Assembly (NCBI GenBank): GCA_951406725.2
Contig: OX597825.1
Coordinates: 69,254,001 to 69,318,000, forward strand
DNA: 64,000 nucleotides
Origin: Octopus vulgaris
Taxonomy: Eukaryota
Direction of reading: 5' to 3'
A program made the translations under genes and the position numbers. The notes beneath the pieces are model-generated. The model was not told the origin of the DNA and did not search any database. It saw nothing but the letters and a program-made list of their open reading frames with translations. Positions 25,635-40,400 of this stretch are shown piece by piece (the first letter of the stretch is position 1; every line of letters begins with the position of its first letter).

Positions 25635-25844
25635 CTCTTTACTCTCTTTTACTTGTTTCAGTCATTTGACTGCTGCCATGCTGGAGCACCGCCTTTAGTC
25701 GAGAAAATCGACCCCGGAACTTATTCTTTGTAAGCCCAGTACTTATTCTATCGGTCTCTTTTGCCGAACCGCTAAGTGACGGGGACGTAAACACACCAGC
25801 ATCGGTTGTCAGGCAATGCTAGGGGGACAAACACAGACACACAA

Positions 25845-25889
<45 letters not shown>

Positions 25890-25994
25890 CATATATACGA
25901 CAGGCTTCTTTCAGTTTCCGTCTACCAAATCCACTCACAAGGCATTGGTCGGCCCGGGGCTATAGCAGAAGACACTTGCCCAAGGTGCCACGCA
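25635..25994 (-). mobile_element. SINE family A, 5'-truncated
   Basis: Very close to 21623-22031. Confidence 0.92.
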
Positions 25995-26305
25995 TATGCT
26001 ACATTTTTATCACAATTTTTTAGTAATCATATAAACGTAGTGATGCTATTAAAAATCCTTGGCAGGCCCACTCACACGTTATGTGAATTAAGATAAAATA
26101 ATAATTTCCAACGTTTTTATACCGCTATAGCGAAACATCGAAAACGAAGTTGCACTGTAGTAGTATAAAGACTGCCGACTTGGTTTCCCCCACCAGCTTA
26201 TCAGGCATATGGTTTTTAAAATGTGGCTTTCTTCTGCTTCCAATTACGCCAGGATTTCTATCAGTTCATTGCCTGGTTTTGGAAGAGCAATGAATTTAAA
26301 GCCTT

Positions 26306-26445
26306 ACCAAAAGAGACCGATGGAATAAGTACTAGGCTTACAAATAATAAGGCCTCAGATCAATTTGCTCGGCTAAAGGCGGTACTCCAGCATGGCCACT
26401 GTCATATGACTGAAACAAGTAAAAGAGTACAAGAGTAAAAGAGAG
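26306..26445 (+). mobile_element. SINE family A, 3' fragment
   Basis: Contains the CAGCATGGCCACTGTCATATGACTGAAACAAGTAAAAGAG tail. Confidence 0.85.
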
Positions 26446-26805
26446 TAACATGGTAAAATGTCCAGCGTCCGCTTACTCGGAAGTTCTCTATTACAAAACA
26501 AACAGAAAGCGTAAAAGGAAACATCTTTTCATCGTGTACAACATGGTAAATCGTATTTTCTCCGGGGCTTTGTCAAGATCGTTCGCTTGAAGACGCAGAC
26601 AAGCACACTAAGCATTTAACTTCTATATTTGTTAATACTATGATAAAGTCTGGAATATTATCTCTGAATATGAATTAACATGATAATTATATAGAAACTA
26701 GCAAACATATCTATTTACACAACCATCACCTCTGTCCGCATATATACGGACAGAGACACTCACACCCAAATATATAAACATATACACACAAATGCATGGA
26801 TAGTG

Positions 26806-27072
26806 TGGAGGCACATGGCCTAGTGGTTAGAGCAGCCAACTCGCGGTCGAGGGACTGCAGGTTCGAATCTCAGACAGGGCAATGTGTGTGTTTATGAGCG
26901 AAACATCTAACCTCTGCTGACTCTTTCGCCACAACTTTCTCTCAATCTTTCCGCCTGCATCTTGCAGCTCACCTGCGACGGACCGGCGTCCCGTCCAGGT
27001 GGGGAACCTATACGCCAAGGAAACCGGAAAACAGGCCCTTATGAGCCACAGGTGGCTGAAGAAGGAACAAAC
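26806..27072 (+). mobile_element. SINE family B variant with a different 3' module
   Basis: tRNA-like head as at 13285. The 3' part has CCTGCGACGGACCGGCGTCCCGTCCAGG, which resembles the V-SINE central domain. Confidence 0.75.
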
Positions 27073-28850
27073 TAAACTATAAATGCACGGATACTAAAAC
27101 ATACAAATATTTGTACTATTACATGCATATGTACATAGATACACGCGCATACACACTGACATATGTGTGTGTATTTGAATACATAAATAAATTTATATAT
27201 ATACATATATATGTACATGTGTGTGGTTTGTGTATGTGCACTCAAATTCTCACACACACACATGCACCCATACACATATAAACATGTGAATGTGTGAGTA
27301 CGTGCATATCTCTGCATAATATTCTTTTCATGAGTGCATATCTATGCATATATACACAAGACGCACACACACATACGCATAGACACATACAAGCATATAC
27401 AACGTCGACGACTGCAGTGGCAACGATGTTGATAGTTAAGACGATGTTGATTAGGATCGTGATGGTGATTACAAGACGAGGTTATTGGTTTTTAAATTTT
27501 GTATATCTGTGTTGATACAAAAACAACAGAAAACGCTGGGTATAAGCATTGTTCCTAATATGCTTTCCAGCTAAGTTATTGATTAAAGCAACTACCAACA
27601 GATTTCATAATTGATTTTCCACAAAATCATAATGACGACGACGACGATTATGATGGTAATAAAAATAATAATAATGATGATGATAATAATAATGATAATA
27701 ATAATAATAATAATAAAAAATAATAACAATAATGATAAACAAAAAGATAAAACACAGACCTTTCCAACAAACAAAGCCTGGCTTCCCTTATAGCAAACAA
27801 TACACGTTTTTATTCATAATACTGAAACACAGACGAGCTATAGAAAACAATTTAAAATCCAAAAATCAAATTAAGAACAAAATTGAAAGAAGGCCGAAAC
27901 CTATACCAGATTGTCATTTGTAATTGTAACTCAACCAAATGTAATGGCAGAGGAACAAAAATACAAAAGCAAAAAGTGTTCTTTGAATGTAGGCTATTGT
28001 TCTTAACTATAAAGGATATTAAATTCATGAAAGAAGAGAAGTTGGTGTGTTTCGAGGGAAGATGTGGGTTATCATTTCAATGGTAAGAGTATTGTGACGG
28101 AAAGGATGAAAAACATCAAGAATAAAGTACGGGTGAACGAGGATGGCTTGACCAGAGGCATGCTCCTAGGACAATGGATTGAGTGAGACGAAGTAAACAA
28201 AATGGTAAAAAACAACTTAATGGCTTCAAAGTTTGACACAAGACCAGCAATCTTAGGGGAAAGAATATCTTGATTATATCGACACATATTGCTTAACTGG
28301 TATTTACGCTGTCGGCCACAAAATAAGAGGATGCTGGAGAGCATCATAAGAGGGATGAGTCTCACGATTTTCATGGGCATTACTTACCATAAGTATGGCT
28401 ACGCCAGTAGATGTGGGCTCATTAAAATGGCATAAAACACACACAAACACACACGCACACACATAAACTGTTTTATATATATAGATGACCAACATATGTT
28501 TCTAATAAAACACACACACACATGCTTCTACTATAGCAACTACACATTGCTATGTATGGAACTATGCATTCGAGTCGCTACAATTTCATCAAGAATCCAT
28601 CACTTAAGACGTTTTCGAAGTGAACTAATTCAATTCTGAGGAGAAACATCTCTAGATTAATTAAGCTGTTTGCGTAATTCCTGTTCACTTGTCATGTATT
28701 TAATTTCCTCATATGCTGTATACACACGTGTGTGTGTATGTATGTGTGTATATGTGTGCATGTGTGTTTATGTATGTGTGTTAGACGTGCATATATGGCA
28801 ACCAGTGTTAATTTGTTTAGGTGTCTGTTACTTAATGGCATGGCAAAAAT

Positions 28851-29063
28851 AAGGCGGCGAGCTGGCAGAAACGTTAGCACGCCGGGAGAAATGCTTATCG
28901 TTATTTCGTCTGCCGCTAAGTTCAAATTCCGCCGAGGTCGACTTTGCCTTTCATCCTTTTGGGGTCGATTAAATAAGTACCAGTTACACACTGGGGTCGA
29001 TATAATCGACTTAATCCGTTTGTCCTCTCTGTGTTTAGCCCCTTGTGGGTAGTAAAGAAATAG
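28851..29063 (+). mobile_element. SINE family D reference copy (Nin/Meta-type conserved domain)
   Basis: Conserved block GCCTTTCATCCTTT.GGGGTCGAT.AAATAAGTACCAG, with many copies in the window. Confidence 0.88.
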
Positions 29064-29324
29064 CTATGGCAAAAATACATAAAGTAGCAGATTTTAAGTG
29101 CTGTGGTTCATTTGATATACCAAACCCTTCAAGCTGCTGCCCAGCATTTTTGGAGTTCATTGATGGAAACAAATAAAGAATAAAAACATAAAAGAATATA
29201 ACAGAAGTTTAGCTTTTGATATTGCTTTTGTTTACTGATAGAATGTTCTTCACCTAGCAGAACTAAGAGCAAATGTGTTCTAGCGCTGAGCATCCTGTCT
29301 TAGGCACACGTGTTTGGTATAAGA

Positions 29325-30189
29325 AACACAACCGTGGTTATGGAGACTACGAAGAAATCAGCAGTAATGAGTACAACCCTTCTTGCTATCACAATAGATC
29401 TGCGCATCAAGATTATCTCAACTCGGGCTGATGGAATAATGAAATTCTATTTTAATAACATCTGCTCTACAAAGCGCTCCATAACAATCATTTCCAAGCA
29501 AAGTAACAACTATACGTATGAAAGAGAACCACCTTCACACGGCGTCTTTAACACACCAAAGATTTCAACGTCCTCCTTGAATAATATCAACTTTTTCAAA
29601 GGAACTACAACATTTTGAATATAAGATAGCCTACTGTATAAATTTCCAAAGCTAATTCATCATAAAATGCCCCGAAAGGGAGAGTTTACTGTTAAATTTA
29701 ATAGGAGTACACTTACAAAGAATTATTATTATTATTATTATTATTATTAAAGCAATAATATTTTATGTCTGTTTTCAAATATAACATTCAAGAAAGTATC
29801 TCTTCTGTCAATTGTTTGATAACAACCAATAACGAACAAAACCACAATGTGCAAACCAGGGCTACACTTAACAGCAACACTTTAATAATAACTCGAACAC
29901 TTTGGCTCTATACTTGAAGAAATATAAAGTTTTAAATTGAACTATACTTCAAAATTCTGAATAAAACAAATAATGCCTACTGCATAATTTTCCTAAGCAA
30001 TTCTCTTCAACAAACGCTATGGATGTGGCACTCTCGAGTTTAACTGCTGCACAAGGAATTTTATATATATATATATATATATACATACTTATAGTTCAAC
30101 AACTCTCATTGAATTCTAAATCAATACATTTTCTCTCAAATGTTTCATTTGCTTATCAGAGCATTCTAACTTCCAATTATATTCAACCT
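29325..30189 (-). pseudogene. Possible decayed LGR-type GPCR remnants
   Basis: In minus-strand order: LRR-like LECSDKQMKHLRENVL (within 30189-30089, after an acceptor), TM3-like LEMIVMERFV (~29499-29468) and TM6-like IARRVVLITADFF (29389-29351). Several stops are present. Confidence 0.3.
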
Positions 30190-30469
30190 CTGAAAGATAA
30201 GAGGCTTTATAGGTGAATATCGAAATTGATTTCTGTAGATGTTACATGTACACACGCACACGCACACATACGCACACACTTACACGTTATATATATATAT
30301 ATATTTATTTGTAATGTATACACACATCTTTATCTATCATATACATACACACACAAAAACGCACACATATATATGTATATGAACATCAGCATGTTACCAA
30401 AAGTTTACCTGTATTCTATTCCGCTGATATTTATACTTAGTGCTGAAATGCATGTGGTATAATAAGATA

Positions 30470-30963
<494 letters not shown>

Positions 30964-31049
30964 GTAGTAGTAGTAGTATCATCGTCATCGTCATCATCAA
31001 TGTTATTACAGTTATGATTGAATGTTGCGAGCTCCAAGAATTGCTAACA

Positions 31050-31359
31050 AGACTGACACAATCCTTAGAAGTGTTTTGTTTGTCTTTACGTTCTGAGTTC
31101 AAGCCCTGCCGAAGTTGACTTTGGTTCATCATTTCGAGGTCGATAAAATAAGTACCAGTTAAGAATTGGTGTCGATGTAATCGACTTACCCACTGCTTCC
31201 AAATTTCTGTAATTTCTGTAATTGAATTTCTGTAATTTTGAATTGTTATCACTTTTCATTTTGAACTCGACAAAACCAGGCTAGCTGTCGAAATATCGTA
31301 CAACTAATAAAATATCCATTGCAATCGCATCGCATCGCGCTTTTCGTATTGTCTATTAC

Positions 31360-31425
<66 letters not shown>

Positions 31426-31544
31426 GGCGGTGAGGTGGCATAATCATAAGCACGCGGAGCAAAATGCTTAGCAGCAATTAACCCTCCCTCGAAATTTCAT
31501 GCTCTGTACCTTTAGTAGAAAGTATTATTATATTATTATTATTA

Positions 31545-31612
<68 letters not shown>

Positions 31613-32357
31613 GAGTGAAAGAGCAGTGCATGCCATCAAAGTGACACTGGGGTAAAATATACAAAGCCCAGTATAGCCATCATGACTACCCATCTGATAA
31701 GGGTACACCAGGCACATGCATCACAACCATATGTGTGCGACATGGTGATCTCATATAAAGATAAACAGCACATGACCTTGCAGGTGGGGCCCAGTTAGAA
31801 TTTTTTCTGGTCGAATAACTCACCCCGCTCAAAAGGTCCTTGAATAAAGGTTGTTTAAGGATGTTGAACGAAACACCCATGTTTCCAGAGTTGAACTATT
31901 CAAATCCCAAAGAATTCCTCTCAACATATGGCTATGATGCTCCCCCACTACTTCTGCTCGTGATCAGAGATGCACTTATCGTCAGCCACTAGGACATGCT
32001 CAACAGGCTAAGGTCAAACAACTGACAAGCAAATCTGTGGTATTGAGCAGAATATTTGCTGTAGCCCATCTTTTATACCAAGACAAAACAATGTACATGA
32101 TAACACTTCCAATCAGTTAAGATCAGAAGCCACGAGAGCCACTGTCTGGTACTGCATCAGGCACGCCGGGCATAATGCCTAGTGGCATTTCATCCCTCTC
32201 TGCATTCTGAGTTCAAATTCCGCTGTGGTTGACTTTGCCTTTCATCCTTTCGGGGTCGATGAAATAAGTACCAGTTTTGTACTGGGGTCAATGTATTCGA
32301 CTAGTTCCCTTCCCCAAATTTCAGGCCCTGTACCTATGGTACAGATTGTTATTATTA

Positions 32358-32422
<65 letters not shown>

Positions 32423-32635
32423 GTATGTAAAGGCAGCGAACTAGTAGAATCGTAAGCTCGCAGGACAAAACTCTTGCCGGTCTTTACATGCTGAGTTCAG
32501 ATCCCGGCCGGGTCCGCTAGGCATTTTATGCTTTGGAGGTCGATGATATATATACCAGTTAAATACTAGGTTCGATGTATTCGATCATCCCTTCTCACAA
32601 AATCTCTGGCCTTTTTCCAATGATAGAAAGGATTA
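31050..32635 (+). mobile_element. Cluster of SINE family D copies (~31050-31205, 31425-31520, 32161-32345, 32430-32635) separated by (ATT)n
   Basis: Each matches parts of 28851-29063. Confidence 0.75.
31612..32164 (-). mobile_element. Unclassified ~550-bp GC-richer insert with an (AAT)n tail, probably a retroposon
   Basis: Sharp compositional boundaries; the minus-strand end runs into (AAT)n. Single copy in this window. Confidence 0.35.
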
Positions 32636-33139
32636 TTATTATTACATAAATTACGGAGTTGTAAGCCGAATACGCCACACTATTCAAGCAATCACTCATA
32701 TTTTGACTATTAATTGTTCCTTTAGTTCTGATCATATTTTTGGTAGATTTGCCTTATCATTTAGAGAATTGGTGTGGTTTGATAACTATCATTTCGCCAT
32801 CATAAAATACAAATTGCAAAAATAGCTTGCACTTTGTCGGTTTATGAATTATATATATATGCATGTATGTATGTATGTATGTATGTATGTATGTATGTAT
32901 GTATGTATGTATGTATGTATGTATGTATGTATGTATGTGTATGTGTGTGTGTATGTATGTATGTATGTATGTATGCATGCATGTATGAATTTACGTATGT
33001 ATATATTTGGTCTATCTATATCTATATGTGTGTGTACGAGCGATTGTAAAAGTATGTGTTAATAATTATATATGTATGAATGAATATACAAATGTATGTA
33101 GATATATCTATTTCTATATCTATATCTCGACGTATATTG

Positions 33140-33219
<80 letters not shown>

Positions 33220-33303
33220 CCACCCACACATTTATATATATATATATATATATATATAAACACACACACCCACACATTTATATATATATATATATATATA
33301 TAT

Positions 33304-33416
33304 ACTTCTACTATAGCATCGGGCTGACCAAAACCTTGTGAGTGGATTTGGTAGACGGAAACTGAAAGAAGCCCGCCGTATATTTATATATGTATATAAT
33401 CTATATATATATATAT

Positions 33417-33455
<39 letters not shown>

Positions 33456-33665
33456 GTGTGTCTGTGTTTGTCCCACACCATCGTTCGACATCCGATGTTG
33501 GCGTGTCTCCGACCCCATAACTTAGTGGTTCCGCAAAGTGAGAGCAATAGAACAAGTACTAGCCTTACAAAGAATAAGTCCTGGCATCGATTTGTTCGAC
33601 TAAAGGCAGTGCTCCATCATGACCGCAGTCAAATGACTGGAACAAATAGAAGAATAAAAAAAAGA
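33304..33665 (+). mobile_element. SINE family A, 5'-truncated
   Basis: Homologous to 21623-22031. Confidence 0.85.
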
Positions 33666-33666
33666 A

Positions 33667-33704
<38 letters not shown>

Positions 33705-34399
33705 CATATATGTATATATATGTATATACATATACATGAGTATGTGTGTAGATGAGATATGTCATCCAACACAATCGTCCAGAGATATTACAATGCCGGT
33801 GTGTAATTATGGTGTTTCATTCTAACCTATTATTTATTGAAAAACGAAAGAATTTCCAAATGAGATTCTATCACCGTCAGAAATGTTTCAATCATTTATG
33901 GCCCTGCACTACAATAATAATAAGAACAATAATGATAAGAGAAGTTGGTGACTTCTCTCTTTACTGACACCACAAACAAAATAAATTATAGTTCTGTGGA
34001 TGTTGGCAACGGGAATTAGAAGATTAAGAAAACCTCTTTTCATTTTTCTTTTCATTTTGATGTCATTCAGATATTATACCATTAGATTTTGTACTTCTTT
34101 AAACATTACTAGTTTAGACTATACATCACCATCCCCATGCCATTCGTAAAAAGATATAAGGTGAAAGCAATAACACAGGAGGGGGAAAAAAGATATGTAA
34201 TAACAATAATCTATAGAATTGGTAGGCTATTTTGGCAGCACGGAATCATTACGGTACTGAAACCTTAGGAAATGAGTCAGGAAAGAATTATCGCTAAGAC
34301 ATTGCATATCAAAATAATAACGTGGTATGGTAAGCGGAAGAGATAAAGGAGGCTAGACATAAATTATATGTCAAGATAAGTGCAGAGAAGATATGTATA

Positions 34400-34478
<79 letters not shown>

Positions 34479-34560
34479 GTGTGTGTGTGTGTGTTTGTGT
34501 ATATGTGCGTGTGTTTGTACATGTGTGTGCGTGCATGCGCGCCTGTGTATGTGGTGTGTG

Positions 34561-34602
<42 letters not shown>

Positions 34603-34759
34603 TTCATACTCATACATATATGAACAAGGTCAATGGACTGACTGGTAGAGTGTGAGGCATCCGTATGTATGTATATTGTTATATAGGTGTTATATGAATC
34701 GTTCTCACGTGAAACTCAGCCTAGGTCGACTTTGCCGTTCATCTATTCATATATATATA

Positions 34760-34831
<72 letters not shown>

Positions 34832-34834
<3 letters not shown>

Positions 34835-35060
34835 TCTTTACTCTTTTACTCTTTTACTTGTTTCAGTCATTTGACTGCGGCCATGCTGGAGCACCGCCTT
34901 TAATGGAGCAACTCGACCCCGGGACTTATTCTTTTGTTAGCCCAGTATTTATAGTATCGGTCTCTTTTGTCGAACTGCGAAGTAACGGGGACATTAACAC
35001 ACTAGCATTGGTTGTCAAGCAATGCTAGGGGGACAAACACAGATACACAAACACACACAC
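34832..35060 (-). mobile_element. SINE family A, 3' half
   Basis: Homologous to 21623-22031. Confidence 0.88.
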
Positions 35061-35062
35061 GC

Positions 35063-35093
<31 letters not shown>

Positions 35094-35236
35094 CATACGT
35101 ATGTATATATACATATATTTATATACATGAGTGTGCGTTTAATATATACGTATACACTGTATATATATACACATATACATACGCGTATTATATATTAGTT
35201 ATATCTTATATGTACACACACACACACACACACACA

Positions 35237-35288
<52 letters not shown>

Positions 35289-35719
35289 CATATAATGTTG
35301 AAAATTAATTACGGAAGCCATATTATGCATTGTATGTTGTGTATACGTACACACACATTCACACATTCACACAAGCACATATGCACAAATAAACAGGTAC
35401 ATATATATATATACACCTACATACAGAGAGATATAGATTTTGCCTGTGTCTTGCAATACGCTTGCTGCGACAATGTTCTTGTAATTAAGGAGTGCGAAAA
35501 TCTTTGTCAATGACGGATAAATTGGTTGTATTTCACTCCTGTGGTTTAGCATGAACAGTTAACTAATTACTTAATTTACAAACTAAATAATTAATCGTTT
35601 ATGCAAACAGCTAGTTTGTTAATTTGTAGTTATTTAAATATTTGATTTCTAAAAGTCACCTTTCCTTCGTTTACAAGTTGACCATTGCAATAAATACTAC
35701 TTTCACACGCAATAACACA

Positions 35720-36090
35720 ATTTCTTTTATTGGCCACACAGGAAGGTGATATTACGAGGACTTTTATTACAAGGACTATTTATTGGCTAACAAGGAGGGT
35801 GGATATTACAAGGACAGACAAGCGAATATACACAATGTGATTACAATGAAAATGACAAATATAATGAAATCGGATGAAATTTTAAAAAAATTTTACTGAA
35901 ATCGATAAAAATAAAAATTCTTATACATTAACCCACCGCCGTTATCGGACGTTTCCCCTTCTATCGTTGGATAGCTACAGTTAGCCATTTCCATTCACTC
36001 GCAATTTTCTTACGACTGTCGTCCATCTTTTATCAAACTTGATATACGATAAGTCTCTTTTCTCTAGCCGGTCTTTTCTTTCGAGGTGAT
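35720..36090 (-). mobile_element. L1/Tx1-like LINE 3' remnant
   Basis: The minus frame ends KFDKRWTTVVRKLRVNGNG* (FxxRW-like L1/Tx1 C-terminus), then a T-rich UTR ending CCTGTGTGGCCAATAAAAGAAA. Confidence 0.5.
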
Positions 36091-36145
36091 TGTTAAAATA
36101 ACTAACCAATAACACAAGCGTACAAACACATACATGATACAGGTT

Positions 36146-36210
<65 letters not shown>

Positions 36211-36242
36211 CTATCTATCTATCTGTCTATCTATCTGTCTGT

Positions 36243-36283
<41 letters not shown>

Positions 36284-36310
36284 TGTCTGTCTGTCTGTCT
36301 GCCTGCCTAT

Positions 36311-36374
<64 letters not shown>

Positions 36375-36486
36375 ATATCTATCTATCTATATGTATATAT
36401 ATATATGTATACATGTATGCATGTGTTTATATATATATTTGTATATATATGTAAATATGTGTATATATATGTTTGTATATATATAT

Positions 36487-36530
<44 letters not shown>

Positions 36531-37106
36531 ATAGATAGATAGATAAGCAAATAGATAGACGGACAGACAAACAGATAGATAGTTAGATGTGCATGTGTTT
36601 TGTATGCGTGGTGCGGTCTAGTCAATAGGAAGCTTTGTACAACTTTGTCCGTCTTGTGGTTGGCGCTGATTTATTTAATCTACTGATAATAGATATTGTA
36701 ATTATTCGGTGAAATTTCACCGATAATTAAAATATAAGACTAATAAATCTTCCGGAGAAATCCATGACAACCAGCCTCAGAAGAGTAATTAATAAAAATT
36801 TATTGAATATGCAAACCATTAGGTTGACATTCTTAAATTTTCCCTCCAAAGTTCATATTTACTGTGTGGAGTATGTACTGGGGCAGAAGAAACGCTATTT
36901 AACCCATGTACAATTTGCACCTGCTTAACTATGTTTGTTTACTTGTATCTTACTCTAGTCACGAAGTAAGTTGCTGTCCATGCCCATTTGTAGCACCCGT
37001 CTCCGTAAATATATGCACTAGTCACTGGTGTAATGCAAAACGCTTTTCCCATGCGCCGGAATGTCACGCGAATAACATAGAAATGTGGTCTGGTGCCAAT
37101 CGATCT

Positions 37107-37632
37107 GAGCAGGTCGCGAATTTATTTTTTCCAACGAGAGTTCTGGACCTTAGTAATGAACTCGTTTGCGTACAGCCAATCAGAGCTCCCTTTGACTTTG
37201 TTGTAAAGTTGACAAACCCACTCTACCAAGTAAACTCAAGACGGAGAACGGTGTTGTAAGTCGACCGATCGCCAAGTTATGCCTGATTTTTGGAGACAAG
37301 TGATTAGACAGATTTGGATCTATACCTATTATCGGATTTTGTTAGGGCCCCATATGGATGGGAAATGTTGGTAGGGAGTGATGTGCTAGCACCTCTCTCC
37401 CTCTACTGCTTTACAAAGTAAAAAACAACACAAATAACTACGCAGAAGCAGCCATGGTTGAAACAAGAACAAGATCAACAAGCATTCTTAAAAGTAATCT
37501 TATTTTATTGCCCATCATCTGTTATGCGCTCATGAATTAGTTTGATAGTTGAACTCTGATTGGCTGTGTGCAAGTGAGTTCATAACTGGGATCCGGATCT
37601 CTCGTGGGAAAAAACATTCGCGAGCAGACCTG
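37107..37632. mobile_element. MITE-like element with ~80-bp imperfect inverted repeats
   Basis: TCGCGAAT..CGAGAG..ATGAACTC..ACAGCCAATCAGAG (~37115-37188) is mirrored at ~37551-37625. Confidence 0.65.
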
Positions 37633-38094
37633 TGCCAAATGTTTCACGGCTCTCTACCGCTCCACTGCTTGGTATTTGAGGATCACTACAATTTGAGATT
37701 GTGAAAAGGATGTATCCTTATGCTGTAGACCTGATCTGAATGCTTGCAATAGAAGGAACACAGCTCAAGTTGTCCATATTGTCGGGATGTGAGATAATCT
37801 GTTGTGTCAGATTTAAGACTGCCTCGCAAATTAACCCTGGCAAGATTTGAAATCGGAGTAGAGAGAGCCGGAGCCTGAGCCACTAAGAACCCGGTGCAAG
37901 GTTCTGAAAGTTCCGACAAGCCATCGTCTCGGATCGGTAGCTTTTCATCGAGTCCAGATTGTTGCAAGGGGAAAAGAGTCCTTAGCTGAATTTGAACTCC
38001 GAGAGTTCGAACAAATAACGGAAAGCATTTTGTTCGGCATGACCTGCAGGTGTAGCTTCACTAAACCTCCACCTGGAATTATATTGTTAGACGA

Positions 38095-38505
38095 CCACCA
38101 TGCTGGGGCATCGCCTTGAAGTGATTTAGTCGAACAAATCGACTCCAGTAATTATTTCTTAAACTTTGTGCTTAATTTCTCGACCGATATGTCGAACCGC
38201 TACGTCACGGTTGTCATGGTGTGGTGAATGACAAGCACAAACCACATACAATCGGACAGACGCACATAGAATCGAAGAGCTTCTTACGGTTTCCATGTAC
38301 TAAAGTACATGTAAACTGTAAGAAACTCTTCGATTGTATGTAAATTCATATATATATGTGACGGGCTCTTTCCTGTTTCCGTCTACCAAATCCACTCACA
38401 AGGCTTCGGTCGGCGAGGGTCTTATAGCAGAAGGCAGTGGGATTGAACCGAGAAGAAGCACATGGTTAGAAACGAAGCTTCTCAAAGATATAGCCATACC
38501 TGCGC
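38095..38505 (-). mobile_element. SINE family A, old and rearranged
   Basis: Several blocks match family A, for example TTTCCGTCTACCAAATCCACTCACAAGGC. Confidence 0.7.
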
Positions 38506-39187
38506 CAACAACTGGCAATTTTGACTCTATCAATCCTGAAATGAAGAAAGACAAAATTTTCTTCGGTGGGAATTGAATTCAGAGTAGAGAAGAGCGTATT
38601 CTCCTCGACAGCTCTAACTCCTCTGTGTATTTGCTGCCTGTCATTCTAAATTATAATCAATTACAAGTAAAACAAACAGCTTCACCATTCTACTACTGAT
38701 AAATACTAGTTTATATTTTTCTGTGCTTAGTTAAACTTTCCCATCGACATGCCGGAGAATTCTGCTTAATCCACAATACTATCAGGATTATATTTTGACT
38801 GGAGGCGTTCTGCAAACTCTGCTGATGTTGTTCAAACTAGTAAAATCTATTATGCGATGTTTATTTTACAACTCGAAATATGGGTTCTTTACCAGAAAAA
38901 TAACTTGAAAAAATCGATAGGCAATTTAAGTCTAGAAGTTCTGACTCATGAAAATATTTGGAACGTTATATGAATGTGTGTAGTAAGACATTTTTCGTGT
39001 TAGTTTAATAAATGAGTTATCTACGCCACAAGCAAAAATGCATTCGATTGCAGACTTGATCCAGTTCGTTCATACTCACAGTCGCATAAGAATGTATTCA
39101 TGTAAGAACATATACATTTACAAAAACTCAAATACAAACATGATGCTATGTACTTACATAATACATATACACCTACATACACACACA

Positions 39188-39275
<88 letters not shown>

Positions 39276-39280
39276 CCATA

Positions 39281-39442
39281 GCGCAGGCGTGGCTGTGTAG
39301 TAAGAAGCTGCTTCTCTAACCACAAGGTTCCAGGTTCAGTCCCTCTGCGTCGCACCTTAGGCAAGTGTCTTATATTATAGTCTCGGCCGACTAAAGCCTT
39401 GTGAGTGGATTTGGTAGACGGAAAGTGGAAGGAGCCCGCCGT

Positions 39443-39445
<3 letters not shown>
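39281..39445 (+). mobile_element. SINE family A, 5' half
   Basis: Homologous to the head of 21623-22031. Confidence 0.85.
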
Positions 39446-39474
<29 letters not shown>

Positions 39475-39475
39475 C

Positions 39476-39645
39476 GGGTAGAATTCACAAAAAAACAACA
39501 CAAAATGAAGATACGTGGTGTAGACAACAAACATATGTATTAGTTAAACGCTCGGTAACTGAAAAGTCTTTAACGCTTCGAGCCTACGCTCTTCTACAGA
39601 AAGGAACACAGAAAGAAACAAGGAGAGAAAATAAAGAATATAATA
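39476..39645 (-). mobile_element. pLTR-like repeat with variant HHR core (copy 1)
   Basis: Homologous to 56212-56395. Motif CUUU-CUGUAGA-A-GAGC-GUAG-GCUC-GAAGC-GUU-AAAG at 39568-39603. Confidence 0.75.
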
Positions 39646-40234
39646 GAATCTCCCGTCTTTAAATGACGTATGAGGGCTCGACATTTTCTTACCGAGCAAC
39701 CACACAGATGATTTGTTTATAATGGTAAAATGTTTGTGTAGATATAAGCTCAGTCCCTCGACATTACCTGTACAGGTGCAAATGGGTGCCACATGTCAGT
39801 TGTCAAAATGCTCGCAGAGCAACGTTAAATGATGTATTTTGTTCAAGTTACCAGAACGAAATTTTGCAAACTAATTTGATACCATCTGCTGTGTAATAAC
39901 ATTAGAATGAAATGCTCCATTAATATTCAGAGCTGTCTGTGATACAGTATTTCCAAGAAAGAACTCATATTTCAAAACTGTACGAATTTCCGAGTTACCC
40001 TTCTCTAAACAAAATAGCAAAAAACGATTTATAAATATTTTATAAAGCGCAAAATGAGTTAGAATAAAGAAATAAATGTGTCAGCTTTCCAACAAATAAT
40101 AAAGGTTGTCAAAATATAATAATGACGCAAAATAAGCAGCTATCAAAGTTTACCATATACCTTACTACAAATTTAATACTTCACGACCTAATTCCTATAT
40201 ATATATATATATATATATACACACTTGAAATTTA

Positions 40235-40400
40235 TAGATAAACAAAAAACGCAGATAGGTGTTTGAACAACAAGCAGGTGTATTCGTTTGACGCTCGGGA
40301 AAGTGAGAAAGTCTTTTACGTTTCGAGCCTACGCTCTTTAACAGAAAGGAATAAGAAAAAATAAACAGAGAGAATAAAAAGCTGGTAGACTGTTTGGGGA
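40235..40400 (-). mobile_element. pLTR-like repeat with variant HHR core (copy 2)
   Basis: CUUU-CUGUUAA-A-GAGC-GUAG-GCUC-GAAAC-GUA-AAAG at 40313-40348. Confidence 0.7.

Noticed and set aside
29310-29618. 102-aa plus-strand ORF
   Set aside because: No recognisable motif. The opposite strand gives the more protein-like fragments.
37686-37967. 93-aa minus-strand ORF in GC-richer sequence
   Set aside because: No domain, splice context or second copy could be identified, so it is left unassigned.
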